Positions 18,635 to 28,474 of a DNA stretch of 46,453 nucleotides are shown piece by piece. This stretch comes from a virus. The translations under genes were made by a program, and so were the position numbers. The notes beneath the pieces are model-generated. The model saw only the letters and a program-made list of their open reading frames with translations. It had not been told where the DNA came from and did no database searches. The stretch lies in UHGV virus genome UHGV-1365003; one strand, 5' to 3'. Position 1 is the first letter of the stretch. Each line of letters begins with the position of its first letter.

Positions 18635-18879
18635 GCGCACCACATATGCCGATGATGAATTATGAGGGATTGCTGGATTGCCCATTCTGCGGGAGCGGCG
18701 AGACGACAATGGATAGAGAGGATGGGTTATCGCAAGTTGTTTGCTTGGGGTGCGGCATTGCAACTGATTTATATCAACAGAAATCAATCATAATTAAAAA
18801 ATGGAATACCAGAAACGGACACCTCTACACCGCAGACGACTTCAATCAGGCAGCAGAGGAGCGCGATCATGGACTATAA
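18631..18879 (+). CDS. lar: Lar-family restriction alleviation protein (zinc ribbon)
   Basis: CPFCGSGETTMDREDGLSQVVCLGCGIATDLY...KWNTR matches the Lar family pattern CPFCG...C..CG...AW/KWN. Confidence 0.6.
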   Translation: MSAPHMPMMNYEGLLDCPFCGSGETTMDREDGLSQVVCLGCGIATDLYQQKSIIIKKWNTRNGHLYTADDFNQAAEERDHGL

Positions 18880-19357
18880 ATCACAAATCATGCGCGTGAT
18901 TATCAATCATCCAGGCGCAACGCGTGCATATATTGAAAAGCATTGCGGAGGAAAGCATTCAAGCACCACAACGCATCGTTTGCATGAGATGCTCGCACTT
19001 GGCTTTATTAGCCGCGAGAAGTCAGTTATTCGTGGTGGTAAGTGGCAGTATAAATATTTCATCTCTGATGATGCGGCTGGCATTGATGATGCGATTAAGT
19101 GCCATTTGCTTGATAACACTGGCGCAGAGGTGAAAGAAATCAGCGCAGCCACTGGCATTGATTACCGGATCGTAAAAAGCCGCATCCGCATTATGTTTCA
19201 TAACGGTGATGTGACGCGAAGCTATGACCACCACAAGAAGCTGTGGCGTTATTCATGGAAGGAGAAGGAAGTCAATGTAAGCAATCTATTTAATTCACTT
19301 CTTCGCAACGCAAGGGGGCGTCATGGGGAAAGCCAAACGCAAGAAGCAGGAGTATGA
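18869..19357 (+). CDS. putative winged-helix DNA-binding protein (two wHTH-like segments)
   Basis: 162 aa. Two wHTH-like segments: HPGATRAYIEKHCG...LHEMLALGFISREK and AEVKEISAATGIDYRIVKSRIRIMFHNGDVTR. Confidence 0.4.
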   Translation: MDYKSQIMRVIINHPGATRAYIEKHCGGKHSSTTTHRLHEMLALGFISREKSVIRGGKWQYKYFISDDAAGIDDAIKCHLLDNTGAEVKEISAATGIDYRIVKSRIRIMFHNGDVTRSYDHHKKLWRYSWKEKEVNVSNLFNSLLRNARGRHGESQTQEAGV

Positions 19358-19498
19358 GCCATTGCCGCCATGCGAAATGTCAGGAATGCCGCAGCAGGAG
19401 GATGTAATTCTTACCGAGGCAGAGTGGCGCAAAGTGGCAAGAGTGCAAATCATGTTCCGCAAACTTGCTGAGGACGTACTTAATGAGATGGGCTATTA
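19322..19498 (+). CDS. hypothetical protein (58 aa)
   Basis: AGGGGG RBS. Sequence MGKAKRKKQEYEPLPPCEMSGMPQQEDVILTEAEWRKVARVQIMFRKLAEDVLNEMGY. Overlaps the 3' end of the previous gene. Confidence 0.4.
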
Positions 19499-19887
19499 AG
19501 CATAAATCCGGCAGAACTCTGTTTGAAACATCGGATGAGTTTATTGCCAATAACCGTAAAGAGATGGGCTGGGTAGTGGAGGAAGTGAAGATGACGAGTA
19601 GAGAGCAGTTTGAAGAAGAAATGAGTGACAAGTATGAGTGGTTCAGCGATGCGATCGCTTGTGCTGATTTTTGCGGTAACGATGATGATGGCTACTATGT
19701 TGGCGGTGATTATCTCTATTATGGAAAATCATGTTCAGAGGCTTTGTTCTGGTTATGGAGAGGGTGGCAGGCATCGCGCGTGGCGATTCAGATTCAGGCG
19801 TGCCCATACCCAAGCGACCACGGACCACATGTTGATGACTATTATCGAGAGCAAATTAATAACGCAGGCTTAAAGGTGAAAAAATGA
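19483..19887 (+). CDS. hypothetical protein (134 aa, Cys/Trp-rich)
   Basis: Start MRWAIKHKSGRTLFE overlapping the previous stop. Confidence 0.45.
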   Translation: MRWAIKHKSGRTLFETSDEFIANNRKEMGWVVEEVKMTSREQFEEEMSDKYEWFSDAIACADFCGNDDDGYYVGGDYLYYGKSCSEALFWLWRGWQASRVAIQIQACPYPSDHGPHVDDYYREQINNAGLKVKK

Positions 19888-20210
19888 TTATCCAGTTAAA
19901 CGACATCATGAAAGCAGACATTATTCAGCTTGAAGATTATGACGTGCAACTGGCGTTCGAAATCGAAACGGTCGAGCGTCAACTGCAATATGCGGATAAG
20001 AAGAATGATCGCGTATGGCATGAGAAAGCACTTAAGGCGCGTGATCATATGAAGCGCACGCGAGCACTCATCAAAGCGCGACTCGATAAGCTGTATTTTG
20101 GTGAGGAAAGGATGATTCACGGGGCGATACTGGCGCAAATCCGCAAGGAAATGCCGATTGGCAAGTTTATGTCATACGTCCACCGGGCGAAACAGGAGGC
20201 TGGGTTATGA
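19884..20210 (+). CDS. hypothetical protein (108 aa)
   Basis: ATGA-coupled to the upstream gene. Confidence 0.5.
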   Translation: MIIQLNDIMKADIIQLEDYDVQLAFEIETVERQLQYADKKNDRVWHEKALKARDHMKRTRALIKARLDKLYFGEERMIHGAILAQIRKEMPIGKFMSYVHRAKQEAGL

Positions 20211-20395
20211 GCAGCCCAAAATTTCCAGAGCTGCCTGTTGAGGTTCAGGTTGCATTGATTAATGCAGCAAGTGCAATGGCGACAAAGAAGATTGAGGCAA
20301 TAGGCAGTGATTACAACAGGAACATAGACTGGTTTCAGAGGGAGTATCAAAAAATCTGCGACGCACTCTACAAAGAAAACAGAGGTAGATTATGA
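20207..20395 (+). CDS. hypothetical protein (62 aa)
   Basis: ATGA-coupled to the upstream gene. Confidence 0.45.
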   Translation: MSSPKFPELPVEVQVALINAASAMATKKIEAIGSDYNRNIDWFQREYQKICDALYKENRGRL

Positions 20396-20538
20396 TTCCA
20401 TCGCTTTGGATATTATCAGCATACGCATTCGCAAGGGTGTTTGAGGCGGATACTCTGTACCAGATGATTTGCTATGGCGCTCTGTTCTGTCTGTCAGGTG
20501 CTGCGCTTGCATTTATGGATAATGTGATTTCAGACTAA
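20392..20538 (+). CDS. hypothetical small membrane protein (48 aa)
   Basis: ORF MIPSLWILSAYAFARVFEADTLYQMICYGALFCLSGAALAFMDNVISD. ATGA-coupled to the upstream gene. Confidence 0.35.
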   Translation: MIPSLWILSAYAFARVFEADTLYQMICYGALFCLSGAALAFMDNVISD

Positions 20539-20593
20539 CTCCGTATATCTTTTGTTCATCATGGGCTGCTATCATTTAATCAGGAGGTAGCCC

Positions 20594-20716
20594 ATGAATA
20601 TAATCCCTATCACTTACTTTCTCACGCTATACGCACTCACCAATTCGCCATTGTTTGCACCGGCTACCGCCTCATGGTGCTATATCTCCCTGTGTTATAA
20701 TTCGACCACAAACTAA
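20594..20716 (+). CDS. hypothetical hydrophobic micro-protein (40 aa)
   Basis: Strong AGGAGG RBS. Sequence MNIIPITYFLTLYALTNSPLFAPATASWCYISLCYNSTTN. Confidence 0.35.
   Translation: MNIIPITYFLTLYALTNSPLFAPATASWCYISLCYNSTTN
20693..20701 (+). promoter_or_regulatory. extended -10 promoter TGTTATAAT upstream of the protease/scaffold-capsid operon
   Basis: ctgTGTTATAATtcgacc about 32 bp before the ATG at 20733. Confidence 0.4.
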
Positions 20717-20732
20717 CCGTGGAGAGTTAACC

Positions 20733-22612
<1,880 letters not shown>

Positions 22613-22614
22613 TA

Positions 22615-23685
22615 ATGGAAAAGATTATTTTTACCAAAGACCTGGTAGCCAACTCCGCAGTAGTGGCTGACCAGTGGAAACACCTCACCATCGACCGTAA
22701 GGTATTCTGCAATGCAGAAGCTGAACTGGCGAAAACTTACGGTGTTAACGCCACCGCACTGGTAACGAAAGATTACTGGCGCGACGTTGACAACGTCACC
22801 ACCCGCGTTTTCCGTAACGAAGCTGGTCAGGACATGATGGCCGACCTGATGGGCATCGCGGCAAATATCAATATCGGCAAGACCGTGGCAATAAGCCGCA
22901 TCGCTTCCGATGCTGGCAAGGTCGTCCGCACTCTGTCTGGTCAGGAACCGGAAGATTTGGATAAAACTCGCTACGATTACACTGGCGATGTGATTCCAAT
23001 CTTCAAGACTGGCTACAGCCGCGAATGGCGCGAACTGCTGGGTATGCAGTCTGAAGGCTTCGACCCGCTGCTGGACGATCAGGCTAACGTCACCTTTAAC
23101 CTGCGTTCCGACATGGCGCAATACCTGCTGACTGGTGACCAGACTCTGAATGTGAACGGCGTTTACACTGGCTACGGTATCACCAACCACCCGAACACTG
23201 TTCAGGTTAACCTGAATGCTTCCGTCGGTCTGAATATCGACCTGCAAACCGCAACGCCTGACCAAATCGTGACCTTCTTCAATCAGGATTTCCAGGCCAT
23301 TCTGGATGCGCAGAACGTATTTGAACAGGTAACTTTGTGGGTTTCCCCGGCAGTGCGTCGTAGCTTCATGCGTCCGTATTCTGATGCGGCTGGATTCAAA
23401 GGTGGCACTGTTGAGCAGTACATCACGCAGTTTGGTAATGGTCGCATCGGTAAGATTGGCACCAACTTCCTGCTGACTGGTAACCATTTCGTTGGCTACG
23501 TTCGCAACGACATGTACATCCGTCCGCGTGTTGCTCAGCCTGTTTCCACCTACGCAGCAGCCCGTGACAATCCGCACGATAACTTTAACTTTATGGTATG
23601 GTCTGCTTTTGGTCTGCAGATTCGCAAGGATGCCGCTGGAAAAAGCCGCGTCTTTAATGGCTATGGTAGCCAGGAAGCTAAATAA
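22615..23685 (+). CDS. major capsid protein
   Basis: 356 aa. Position after scaffold/decoration. Strong codon bias and abundant-protein composition. Followed by a strong terminator. Confidence 0.7.
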   Translation: MEKIIFTKDLVANSAVVADQWKHLTIDRKVFCNAEAELAKTYGVNATALVTKDYWRDVDNVTTRVFRNEAGQDMMADLMGIAANINIGKTVAISRIASDAGKVVRTLSGQEPEDLDKTRYDYTGDVIPIFKTGYSREWRELLGMQSEGFDPLLDDQANVTFNLRSDMAQYLLTGDQTLNVNGVYTGYGITNHPNTVQVNLNASVGLNIDLQTATPDQIVTFFNQDFQAILDAQNVFEQVTLWVSPAVRRSFMRPYSDAAGFKGGTVEQYITQFGNGRIGKIGTNFLLTGNHFVGYVRNDMYIRPRVAQPVSTYAAARDNPHDNFNFMVWSAFGLQIRKDAAGKSRVFNGYGSQEAK

Positions 23686-23716
23686 TAAAAAAGGGGGTTT
23701 ATCCCCCTTCTTTGTA
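23686..23716. terminator. bidirectional hairpin terminator AAGGGGGtttatCCCCCTT
   Basis: Perfect stem with A-tract upstream and T-rich downstream. Separates the capsid gene (+) from the HNH-like gene (-). Confidence 0.7.
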
Positions 23717-24505
23717 TCTAATTTCACCGTAAACCATGTACTGTAACATGTAACAAAACTCCCATTCCGTCATATCTGTCCGTAGCCACCTCCTGTTCTT
23801 CTTGTAATTGTACTCCGCCGGCTCCGCTTTTAAATTGTGAAGAGCATTAACCAGTTCTGGATATACGAGGTTATTCTTAACAAACCAGTTGACAGATAAA
23901 ATATGGTCAATATGCCAATTATTGCGGTCATCAAAACTCATCCATGGAAGCATGGTTGATTTTATATGCTTAATGAAATCATCCTTTGAGTACCCGAGAA
24001 CATCATCTACCGTTCTATCAAGCGCAATGTCAGATACTCTCATATCAAGCCGCTCAAGCATTTTTCTTAGGAACACGTGGTGTGGGTGCTTCTTTTGCCA
24101 TTGCCTGACATTATCCAGAGCCTTTTTATTGCCTTTCTCTGAGTAGTACCATCTGCGATAAGCTTCCCTTTTCTTTTGTAAAAACTCCTCCTTTTTCTCT
24201 GGATTCTCGTTAAGCCTTTGCATCTTCCTTTTGTTGTACTCCTGTTGTGATTGTTTTCTTTTCTTTTTGTACTCGCTGTTATCCTTGTTTTTCTGCCACT
24301 CCTTTTTTCTGTACTCACTTTCCTTGCGTTTGCGCTCCTCTGTTATTCTCTGCTTCCTTGTTCTTTCGTATACACAATGCTTGCACCCACATGATGCCGT
24401 AAAAAACACAGTTCCACCACATACAGAGCATGGGACCCATTCACATATAAATTGCTTCAATCCAGCAACTCTTGCTTCTCGCGCGGCTTCTTTTCTTGTT
24501 TTCAT
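23699..24505 (-). CDS. HNH-motif protein with N-terminal Cys4 zinc ribbon and long K/E/R-rich low-complexity region
   Basis: N-terminus CEWVPCSVCGG...CGCKHC. ~120 aa of KxxK/E repeats. C-terminus NWHIDHILSVNWF is HNH-like. GGAG RBS at an internal ATG (MKTRKE). Confidence 0.5.
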   Translation of the reverse strand: MKTRKEAAREARVAGLKQFICEWVPCSVCGGTVFFTASCGCKHCVYERTRKQRITEERKRKESEYRKKEWQKNKDNSEYKKKRKQSQQEYNKRKMQRLNENPEKKEEFLQKKREAYRRWYYSEKGNKKALDNVRQWQKKHPHHVFLRKMLERLDMRVSDIALDRTVDDVLGYSKDDFIKHIKSTMLPWMSFDDRNNWHIDHILSVNWFVKNNLVYPELVNALHNLKAEPAEYNYKKNRRWLRTDMTEWEFCYMLQYMVYGEIRYKEGG

Positions 24506-24553
24506 AAAAGTCACTCCTAATTTGGTTCTATATTACTACAGGTGTAATGAGTG

Positions 24554-24562
24554 TGCTACAAT
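24554..24562 (+). promoter_or_regulatory. extended -10 promoter TGCTACAAT
   Basis: gtgTGCTACAATtgacc ~30 bp upstream of the ATG at 24593. Confidence 0.35.
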
Positions 24563-24592
24563 TGACCTGCATTAACTCATGAGGATATTTAA

Positions 24593-24790
24593 ATGGCTAA
24601 ATACGAAGTGATCGCACGCGGAATCTTTGTTAAAGAGAAAGGCAAGATTCGTGAATTGCAGCTTGGCGAGGTGATCACCGAACCAGACGAGCATCTGCTA
24701 CCAAAACTGCGCGTCATGCCAGAACTGGAAAAGTCTTTCGAAGTCGCGACCCCACAAGAAAAGAAGACAAAGAAAAAGAAAACAGAGTAA
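24593..24790 (+). CDS. hypothetical protein (65 aa, Lys-rich C-terminus)
   Basis: ORF flanked by a promoter-like element and a strong terminator. Confidence 0.5.
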   Translation: MAKYEVIARGIFVKEKGKIRELQLGEVITEPDEHLLPKLRVMPELEKSFEVATPQEKKTKKKKTE

Positions 24791-24791
24791 A

Positions 24792-24821
24792 TAAAACCCG
24801 CATTATGCGGGTTTTTTATTG
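24792..24821. terminator. bidirectional hairpin terminator AAACCCGCattatGCGGGTTT
   Basis: Perfect stem with T6 downstream. Also ends minus-strand island C. Confidence 0.7.
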
Positions 24822-25358
24822 CTACAGACGCACCGGCATAACAACAATCTTCGCAGTCTCGCCAGATGGCGCACTAAGGCAGCAAACTGCAGCATTTGTA
24901 TTTCCATTCAGTTCTAATTTGACACCACAGAATTTTGGATTAAACAGCTTAGCCACTTTTTCGATATCAACCAGATAGCCAGCATTAAAGCCAATCTCCT
25001 CTGCTGCTTTCGTTTCCTTAGGTATCACGCGATCAATGTCAGGGAACCGACCATCAATCTCTTCGCAGATACCAGTGCCAACCATCGCTCCAGCTTCATC
25101 ATGATACGTTGCAATTTTCGACTTGGTATCAATGATGGCGTACTCATAACGTTTTGTTGGAGACTTGCTAATCTTGATGATCACATTTTCTGTCAGCTTA
25201 TTGTCATGGCTTCCACCAATGAATGCGCGATGACCGTCAGTTGATGCAATGCGACCATCAGGCATGAAGCAGATGCCGTTCAGGTAGTAACGCACATCAT
25301 TGCGCGCATGAAATATTAACGCTGATTCAAGTAATAGTTTGCTGATTTTTAGTTTCAT
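24822..25358 (-). CDS. truncated beta sliding clamp (DnaN) homolog: domain II plus C-terminal end of domain III
   Basis: 178 aa. Aligns to E. coli DnaN residues ~138-366: HARNDVRYYLNGICF vs HQDVRYYLNGMLF; STDGHRAF vs ATDGHRLA; DGRFPDIDRVIPK vs DGRFPDYRRVLPK; EIGFNAGYLVD vs EIGFNVSYVLD; C-terminus AKIVVMPVRL vs AAYVVMPMRL. About 65 aa of domain III are absent. Confidence 0.7.
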   Translation of the reverse strand: MKLKISKLLLESALIFHARNDVRYYLNGICFMPDGRIASTDGHRAFIGGSHDNKLTENVIIKISKSPTKRYEYAIIDTKSKIATYHDEAGAMVGTGICEEIDGRFPDIDRVIPKETKAAEEIGFNAGYLVDIEKVAKLFNPKFCGVKLELNGNTNAAVCCLSAPSGETAKIVVMPVRL

Positions 25359-25533
25359 CACTTCACCTTAATCATGTGTTGTTTTGCAACCTTCAGGCAC
25401 TCTTCAAAAATGCCACCCTTCTTTGCGCTCTGGTTGCGCTTGTAATACTGGATCGCCGCATCAATTGCCATCTGGTCGATGTCAGGCAGCTTGGCGCGCA
25501 GCTGTTTTTCGATGAATTGTTCAGCGTTCACTT
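25358..25533 (-). CDS. hypothetical protein (~57 aa, GTG start)
   Basis: GAGGTG RBS. Sequence VNAEQFIEKQLRAKLPDIDQMAIDAAIQYYKRNQSAKKGGIFEECLKVAKQHMIKVK. Stop overlaps the clamp-fragment ATG. Confidence 0.4.
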
Positions 25534-25616
25534 GTCACCTCACTTACAAAATGGACACGTTGATTTCGTTCCGCTACCGCCATGCTGCGGGCAGCATATT
25601 TTCTCTATCGGTGTCA

Positions 25617-26426
25617 TCACATCTTCTCCAGAATTGCCATAACCTCGTGAATATCAGCAACAGGAATCTGGATAAATTCCTCGTCCTCAGCCACAACATG
25701 ACCAGCAGGTAGAATCACATGGTCTGCTGGTTTCAATAACTCGATCATGCGGTCTACTGGCTTAATCTTTTTCGACTTCAGCACCTTTGCCGTGACCTTA
25801 TCCTTACCTTGCGCTTTGGCCTCTTCGACTGCCTCGTCGATAACTTTAACCGCATCATCGCCATGCTCACGCGTTACTGCTACGGCATTTGCATAGCTGA
25901 TTTGCCCTGCACTGATGCGCGCTTTTACTTCCGCTGGCACATCACCAAGCGACAGGTGCATTTGCACGTCAGATACTGAGCGACCGACCTTTTTGGCGAT
26001 TTCTTCATTCGTCCAGCCAAAGCCTTTCAGTCGCGTGTAAGCCTTTGCGCGCTCAAACGGGTCGAGCTGCTTGCCCTGACTGGATGACACCATGAAGGCA
26101 ATTTTATCCGCCTCATCGCCAGCGAAATCCTTACACTCAATGCGAACGATTGGCGCGCCACGCTCAATGGCACGCAATGCGCCGAGATAGCGATGCTGAC
26201 CATCAAGAATGCGGATTCCCTTCTCGTCAGGAATAACTGTTAATGCTGGCAGTGGCTGACCTGATTCCCAGCACTGCGCGAAATATTCCACATGCTGCTC
26301 ATCTGCTTCGCGGATGTTATATCCCGGCTCCAGATAGATTTGCTCCACTGGTACGAGATAGGTTTTGTTTACAGCGATGCCGTTCCGCGTTTCTTTGTCT
26401 GAATAGATTTTACTGAGCGTTTTCAT
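25617..26426 (-). CDS. ParB-like nuclease-domain (ParB/Srx fold) protein with HTH
   Basis: ParB N-terminal motifs IRILDGQHRYLGA. HTH segment GWTNEEIAKKVGRSVSDVQMHLSLG. Confidence 0.65.
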   Translation of the reverse strand: MKTLSKIYSDKETRNGIAVNKTYLVPVEQIYLEPGYNIREADEQHVEYFAQCWESGQPLPALTVIPDEKGIRILDGQHRYLGALRAIERGAPIVRIECKDFAGDEADKIAFMVSSSQGKQLDPFERAKAYTRLKGFGWTNEEIAKKVGRSVSDVQMHLSLGDVPAEVKARISAGQISYANAVAVTREHGDDAVKVIDEAVEEAKAQGKDKVTAKVLKSKKIKPVDRMIELLKPADHVILPAGHVVAEDEEFIQIPVADIHEVMAILEKM

Positions 26427-26776
26427 TGTTTCTTTCCTAATGCTTTCTTGATAGATTCTTCAGCTAACAGCAATTCTTCTGGGTATTGCTCATTCCAGTT
26501 TTGTTTGTATGCCTTGCTAAGCATTTTTTGCAGAGCTTCAAGCAACTCAGGTGCTGCTGCCATTAAATTAAAGTCATGTTCAACAGATGAATCAATTTCC
26601 CATCGCATTCCATTAAATTTGGCCCCCTTATTTGAATAAGCAATATTGCGAGAATCATCCCTGTGACATCCTGGAGTGTCATCGATGCAACTGGCTGGGT
26701 AAATTGCTGCGCAACCTCCACGGATGTCTGCAACCCAAGGCCATTTCGTACCTTTAAATTCATTTTCCATCTTCAT
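26423..26776 (-). CDS. hypothetical protein (117 aa)
   Basis: AGAGGTG RBS. Start MKMENEF. First gene of island C. Confidence 0.5.
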   Translation of the reverse strand: MKMENEFKGTKWPWVADIRGGCAAIYPASCIDDTPGCHRDDSRNIAYSNKGAKFNGMRWEIDSSVEHDFNLMAAAPELLEALQKMLSKAYKQNWNEQYPEELLLAEESIKKALGKKQ

Positions 26777-26810
26777 CACCTCTAACATTTATTGTTGTTT
26801 CTACGTAATT

Positions 26811-26839
26811 ACTATAAACACCCTCTCAATCTACGTCAA
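26811..26839 (-). promoter_or_regulatory. sigma70 promoter TTGACG-N17-TATAGT (GTTGACGTAGATTGAG element) for island C
   Basis: Minus strand reads ctGTTGACGTAGATTGAGagggtgttTATAGTaattacgtagaa. Confidence 0.55.
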
Positions 26840-26887
26840 CAGGAATATGCTAAAATCATGCTAATCAAACAACAGGAGATTTAAACA

Positions 26888-27004
26888 TGGGTTCAACAAA
26901 CGGTCCGTCTCGTTCGCGCGCCACTGGCAATACCAAAACTGGCGGAAAAACTGGCGCAGTGAAGCCAAACGGCTCCACCCGCTCACCATCGCGCGGTAAA
27001 AAAT
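26888..27004 (+). CDS. hypothetical small basic Gly/Ser/Thr-rich protein (38 aa)
   Basis: CAGGAG RBS. Sequence MGSTNGPSRSRATGNTKTGGKTGAVKPNGSTRSPSRGKK. Confidence 0.35.
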
Positions 27005-27005
27005 A

Positions 27006-27446
27006 ATGTTCGACGCAGATATTGTCATCATGATCATGTATGTGCTGGGCTTTGCCTGCACGGGCATGGTCGCGTTTCTGGTGTTCATTCCGGCAATGGT
27101 GATGTCTGTGTATCTTGGATGGGTGCTTGTTGATTCATTTCCCGCCGAACATCTGTATTACCTTGCGCAGTCTATGGTCTGGTTGTTTCCAGCGATTGCG
27201 CTGCGCAAAAGTACAAAGATGGCGCTCTGCGTGCTGACGATGAGCCTTTACGAATGGCTGGTTGCGATAGAGTCATTCGTATGGGAATTTATCACGCCTG
27301 TAGAAACGCCGCTTCATGCGCAGTATGCATTTATTATTATCGGCATCCATCTGTTCATCCTTTCCATCACTTTTAAATGGGGCGGCGAAATTGGACATTA
27401 TTCTTGGCGTGGTCGCCATTGTTTTTTCGCTGAACCAAATCTATAA
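27006..27446 (+). CDS. hypothetical polytopic membrane protein (~4 TM)
   Basis: 146 aa with 4 predicted hydrophobic helices. Confidence 0.45.
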   Translation: MFDADIVIMIMYVLGFACTGMVAFLVFIPAMVMSVYLGWVLVDSFPAEHLYYLAQSMVWLFPAIALRKSTKMALCVLTMSLYEWLVAIESFVWEFITPVETPLHAQYAFIIIGIHLFILSITFKWGGEIGHYSWRGRHCFFAEPNL

Positions 27447-27478
27447 GTGCTGGAAACATATCATCAGCGAGACACGCA

Positions 27479-27763
27479 ATGAACGGAGCACTAAGACAAG
27501 TCGCAGAGCAGATTATAAGCGGAACGACAGGACAGGTGATTGATAAGGCTGGATATGCTTCTATTGGAACCAGCATCGGCCTGAAAATTGCAGAGCAAAC
27601 ACCTGTTACGCAATCTTATTTTGAGGCTATGATTCCACACAGCCTGACAGAGTGGGCGGCAGTAGCGTCAATCCTCGGCGCTCTGTCTCTGGTAATAAAG
27701 AACCTGTTTGAAATGTGGTGGAAAGTTAGGGAGTCAAAGAGAAATGACAGCACCAACACCTGA
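27479..27763 (+). CDS. hypothetical membrane-associated protein (94 aa, C-terminal TM)
   Basis: ORF with C-terminal TM WAAVASILGALSLVIKNLF followed by a basic tail. Confidence 0.35.
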   Translation: MNGALRQVAEQIISGTTGQVIDKAGYASIGTSIGLKIAEQTPVTQSYFEAMIPHSLTEWAAVASILGALSLVIKNLFEMWWKVRESKRNDSTNT

Positions 27764-28136
27764 AGAGCTGGTCAGCCAGATGGCTAATCGCGGGATGACC
27801 ATCACCACGACGGATGCGTCTGGCATTCTGTGCCTTGTGGCATCAATCAGCGAATGCCTTGAGCTGAACTATCCCAATGATGAATGCCGACAAAATGCGA
27901 TCATGCTGTGGGCTTCCATCCTGATTAGCGCAAATACCGCAGGTCGCTACGTTACCAGTCAGAGCGCACCTTCTGGCGCATCGCAATCATTCGCGTATGG
28001 CAGTAAGCCGTGGATGGCGCTGTACAACCAGATGAAACTACTGGATACAGCCGGATGCACTGGCGATTTAGTGGAAGACCCTGACGGAAGCGGTAAACCG
28101 TGGTTTGCGGTTGTGCGCGGGAGTAAGTGTAAATGA
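27744..28136 (+). CDS. head-tail connector / adaptor protein (putative, gp6-like)
   Basis: 130 aa. Position is the first of four small head-tail joining genes upstream of the major tail gene. Confidence 0.45.
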   Translation: MTAPTPEELVSQMANRGMTITTTDASGILCLVASISECLELNYPNDECRQNAIMLWASILISANTAGRYVTSQSAPSGASQSFAYGSKPWMALYNQMKLLDTAGCTGDLVEDPDGSGKPWFAVVRGSKCK

Positions 28137-28474
28137 CTTCACTGGCTCGGTTTTCCTACACGCAACCATGCACAATCTGGCACAAAATCGGCACTGACAA
28201 GTACGGCAAGCCGACTTTTGACGCACCAGTAAGCATCATGTGCGATTATGGTTTTAACGATGATGTATCGACCGATGCGAAAGGCAATGAGATTGTGCAG
28301 AAGAACACATTCTGGACAGAATACACTGCCGCTAAGGTGGGTGATTACATCATGATTGGCACGGTGACAGAAGCTGACCCACTGGCGGCTGGCGCAAACC
28401 AGATCCTGAATGTGATTAATTATGGCAATACGTTCAATCGCGCTGAGCCGCCTGACTTTGCACTGGTGACATAA
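28133..28474 (+). CDS. head-tail joining / head closure protein (putative)
   Basis: 113 aa. ATGA-coupled to the upstream gene. Confidence 0.45.
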   Translation: MTSLARFSYTQPCTIWHKIGTDKYGKPTFDAPVSIMCDYGFNDDVSTDAKGNEIVQKNTFWTEYTAAKVGDYIMIGTVTEADPLAAGANQILNVINYGNTFNRAEPPDFALVT

